Shown piece after piece: positions 61,150-64,000 of a DNA stretch of 64,000 nt. The stretch is from an uncultured Atopobium sp. (GTDB lineage Bacteria > Actinomycetota > Coriobacteriia > Coriobacteriales > Atopobiaceae), in assembly GCA_963518165.1 (NCBI GenBank), contig CAUQHX010000003.1, forward strand, positions 34,480-98,479. The letters are read 5' to 3'. Within the stretch, counting starts at the first letter, position 1; every line of letters begins with the position of its first letter. The notes under the pieces are model-generated. The model was given only the letters and a program-made list of their open reading frames with translations. It had not been told where the DNA came from and did no database searches. Both the position numbers and the translations under genes were made by a program.

Positions 61150-61611
61150 ATGGCAGATCAGCCTGTTGTCGGCATTATCATGGGATCAAAGAGCGACCTT
61201 GCAACTATGGAGGGATGCACCGCTGAACTTGAGCGTTTGGGCGTTCCATATGAGCTGGTCATCGCATCCGCACACCGCACTCCAGATAAAGTTCACCAGT
61301 GGGCCGAGACCGCTGCTGACCGCGGCCTCAAGGTAATCATTGCAGCTGCAGGAAAGGCCGCTCACCTGGGTGGAGTTGTTGCTGCATTCACCCCACTGCC
61401 TGTCGTTGGCGTTCCAATGAAGACCTCCGACCTCGGCGGCATGGATTCCCTGCTTTCCATGGTCCAGATGCCATCCGGCGTACCCGTTGCCTGCGTTGCC
61501 ATCAACGGTGCCAAAAACGCAGCTATTTACGCTACCCAGATTCTTGGCGCTTCTCTTCCAGAGTATCGCGAGAAGATCGTCCAGCTTAAAGCCGAGATGG
61601 CTGACGCATAA
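61150..61611 (+). CDS. purE: N5-CAIR mutase / AIR carboxylase PurE
   Basis: IMGSKSD, SAHRTP, AAHLGG and [18 protein letters not shown]. Confidence 0.96.
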   Translation: MADQPVVGIIMGSKSDLATMEGCTAELERLGVPYELVIASAHRTPDKVHQWAETAADRGLKVIIAAAGKAAHLGGVVAAFTPLPVVGVPMKTSDLGGMDSLLSMVQMPSGVPVACVAINGAKNAAIYATQILGASLPEYREKIVQLKAEMADA

Positions 61612-61676
61612 GCTGACGCGTACTGCACGCACGCAGCCTAGTCCACACGCGTATCCGCACGCACGCAATCGCACAC

Positions 61677-61714
61677 GAGACCCGCGCTTTAGGAGACCTG
61701 AGGCGCGGGTTTTG
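61677..61714 (+). terminator. purE terminator
   Basis: GAGACCCGCGCTTTAGG-AGA-CCTGAGGCGCGGGTTTT. Confidence 0.7.
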
Positions 61715-61839
61715 CATACCGCAAAATGTGATTATGCGATGACTTCATAAGATACACAGAGATTTTTGTTTCGTGCATAGCTAAACTTTTAAGGGGTATG
61801 ACAAAGGTATGACAAAGAGTACCTTCAGAAGGGAAGTGC

Positions 61840-62778
61840 ATGGAATCAAAAAACGGCAAGCATTTTGCTTCATTCGCCGCTGACGACCAGACGGCTGGAA
61901 ATACTCACACCTCAAAAACTTCCGTCGAGATGGGTTCTATGAAAAATTCCGCGTCCTCAAAAAAAGAGGGCGACAAAAAAACCTCTCCTAAAAAGTCTGG
62001 CGAGAAACCCGCCAAGAAGAAGGGTTTTGCCTATATTCTTTCCACGCTCTTGCTGGTAGTTGGCATTGGCCTCTTGGTTGTTGCTGGCGTCATGTTTGGC
62101 AAAACCCAGCTTGAATACCACGAGCAAGACGTCATCAATGAAGAGCTTGCAACGTATGCAACAGTTTCCGAGAAAAAAGACGAGGCCCCAGTTATTGATT
62201 GGGCTGGTCTTCAGGCAGTAAACAACCAGGTTGTCGGCTGGATTCAGATTCCAGATACGCAGGTCAACTACCCTGTGTATCAGACTACAGACAACGATCA
62301 CTACCTGCACACAAACGCAAAAGGTGAGTGGTCAATCGGTGGTCAGATTTTCATGGACTACCAAAACAATCCAAATGGCCTCACTGACCAGCAGACTATT
62401 CTTTATGGTCACCACATGAGAAACGGCTCCATGTTCCAGTACATTGGAGCCATGAACGACCAGTCAACCTTCGATAAGGTTGAGACAATCTGGTACGTCA
62501 CACCTACTCAGACATATGAACTTGAGCCGGTATTTACCTATCACACCGATGAAGACGACGAGGAAGTCAGGCAGTTTAACTTTGCTTCTGTTGATGAGTT
62601 CAGGTCTTACTTAAAAGATAGGCTCTCAAGGGCAGTAAGCTCTCGTTCAGATGCAGCAGAGGTTATTTCTCGCGCGGATCATGTTCTTACGCTCTTTACC
62701 TGCAATTACACCGACCAGTACGGCAGGACCATGCTCATCTGTGTCCCAAAGACTGAGGCTCAGCCAAAGGCTCAGTAG
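61840..62778 (+). CDS. srtB: class B sortase
   Basis: TM anchor, GWIQIPDTQVNYPV, DNDHYL, YGHHM, TLFTC and GR. Confidence 0.9.
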   Translation: MESKNGKHFASFAADDQTAGNTHTSKTSVEMGSMKNSASSKKEGDKKTSPKKSGEKPAKKKGFAYILSTLLLVVGIGLLVVAGVMFGKTQLEYHEQDVINEELATYATVSEKKDEAPVIDWAGLQAVNNQVVGWIQIPDTQVNYPVYQTTDNDHYLHTNAKGEWSIGGQIFMDYQNNPNGLTDQQTILYGHHMRNGSMFQYIGAMNDQSTFDKVETIWYVTPTQTYELEPVFTYHTDEDDEEVRQFNFASVDEFRSYLKDRLSRAVSSRSDAAEVISRADHVLTLFTCNYTDQYGRTMLICVPKTEAQPKAQ

Positions 62779-62902
62779 CTGGTACATGGGCGGCAGGAGC
62801 TCTAGCATGGTTAAGCTGGAACTCTAAGATGGGCAGCAGAAACTCTTGCAAGAGCGGTCCGTTAAGCTCAACAAACTGCTACTTTCTTAAAAAATTGTTA
62901 CA

Positions 62903-62934
62903 CGCTCCGAACATATTTGTTCGGAGCGCTTTTT
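62903..62934 (+). terminator. terminator after srtB
   Basis: CGCTCCGAACA-TATT-TGTTCGGAGCG-CTTTTT. Confidence 0.7.
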
Positions 62935-63029
62935 CTTGCAAATTTCCAGGTACACTGTATGTACTGTTGCCAAACGTGAGAGACGTTTGATCAAGGGTGA
63001 CTCAAGCCGAGGAGCCCGGAGGGGATCTA

Positions 63030-64000
63030 ATGGAACTTCACGAGGAATGTGGCGTCTTTGGAGTATGGGCGCCTGACCGTGACGTTGCTCGACTCACTTA
63101 TTTTGCGCTGCACGCGCTGCAGCATCGCGGGCAAGATTCCGCAGGTATAGCCGTCGGCGACGGCCAGACCGTGCTTATCAGAAAAGACACGGGCCTCGTA
63201 ACTGAAGTTTTTAACAACGACGGTCTCAACGCAATGCCAGGTAAAGTGGCTATCGGTCACTGCCGCTACGGCACCGCGGGCGCCAAGGGCTGGGAGTCGG
63301 CCCAGCCACACATGTCGTCCATCGACGAGACCCTCATTGCCCTGGCTCACAACGGCACCCTCGTTAACTTTGACTCCTTGCGAGAAGAACTGTCTTCTCG
63401 CCAGATTTCCTTTAGATCCAACACGGATTCCGAGGTAGCAGCCCAGCTCATTGGCTACTTCACGCGTCAAACGCACCGACTGCGCACCGGCATCGCCGCA
63501 ACCATGAAGCTCATTGAGGGCGGCTACGCCATGGTGCTCATCCGCGAGAACGCGCTGTATGCGTTTAGGGATCCAAACGGCATTCGTCCGCTGGTACTTG
63601 GCCATATTGGCGAGGAGGGCGAGAATAACTGGGTGGTTGCATCTGAGACGTGTGCGCTGGATATCGTGGGCGCCACGTATGTGCGTGAGGTTGCTCCCGG
63701 CGAGATTATCCGCATCTCGGATAATGGCCTGTCTTCTGAGATGGGACTTGCTCCTCGTCAGCAGGCAGATTGCATCTTTGAGCAGGTGTATTTTTCGCGC
63801 CCTGACTCTATTATTAGTGGCCGCTCGGTATATTCCGTCCGTCACCAGATGGGTCGTCAGCTGGCAAAAGAGACGCCAGCAGACGTTGACCTAGTAATTG
63901 GCGTGCCAGATTCCGGTGTTCCTGCAGCTGAGGGCTTTGCGCAAGAGCTGGACGTACCTTTTGGTACCGGCCTCATCAAGAATCGCTACGTTGCAAGAAC
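63030..64000 (+). CDS. purF: amidophosphoribosyltransferase (partial)
   Basis: Manual translation MELHEECGVFG...LQHRGQDSAG...GHCRYGT...AHNG...CIFEQVYFSRPDS...VPDSG. SD GGAGGGG. Runs off the window end. Confidence 0.96.
   Translation, partial: MELHEECGVFGVWAPDRDVARLTYFALHALQHRGQDSAGIAVGDGQTVLIRKDTGLVTEVFNNDGLNAMPGKVAIGHCRYGTAGAKGWESAQPHMSSIDETLIALAHNGTLVNFDSLREELSSRQISFRSNTDSEVAAQLIGYFTRQTHRLRTGIAATMKLIEGGYAMVLIRENALYAFRDPNGIRPLVLGHIGEEGENNWVVASETCALDIVGATYVREVAPGEIIRISDNGLSSEMGLAPRQQADCIFEQVYFSRPDSIISGRSVYSVRHQMGRQLAKETPADVDLVIGVPDSGVPAAEGFAQELDVPFGTGLIKNRYVAR

Noticed and set aside
58505..62849. Short intergenic repeats as CRISPR arrays
   Set aside because: The units are too short or degenerate, with no spacers and no cas genes.
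62908..62923. CGAAC-N6-GTTCG as a LexA box
   Set aside because: The spacer is 6 nt rather than 4, and it is better explained as a terminator stem.
62935..63029. Purine, ZTP or PRPP riboswitch upstream of purF
   Set aside because: The leader is short and has only the small hairpin CAAACGT-GAGAG-ACGTTTG. No aptamer consensus was recognised.

Overview
This window is the replication-origin region of a Coriobacteriia-type Actinomycetota chromosome. Gene content and order look Atopobiaceae/Lancefieldella-like, which is an inference. Genes left of ~21.7 kb run mostly on the minus strand and genes to the right mostly on the plus strand. It carries the parB-parA-rsmG-jag-yidC-yidD-rnpA-rpmH block and the dnaA-dnaN-recF-dciA-gyrB-gyrA block, two perfect parS sites, six tRNAs, rpsF-ssb-rpsR-yybS-rplI-dnaB, and the purine genes purB, purA, purD, purE and purF (partial). 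It also has a PafBC-like WYL pair, exonuclease-DinG, a thioester-domain LPXTG adhesin, a class B sortase, an AfuABC-like ABC importer and a LacI/PTS/GatZ sugar module. I saw no integrase, transposase or CRISPR array. The main hunting results are: (1) the octamer GGCGAGAA, found by eye at 30 or more sites on both strands, in several reading frames and as inverted pairs forming terminator stems, a pattern like a DNA-uptake sequence; (2) an origin built on non-canonical TT(T/A)TC(A/T)ACA boxes, paired with a DnaA whose recognition motif reads RKHATI instead of RDHTTV, plus a second box cluster before dnaB; (3) an orphan GHKL-ATPase/wHTH gene inside the origin; (4) a DegV-PurD fusion with an internal start; (5) a 29-bp inverted-repeat element and a candidate structured RNA or small ORF.
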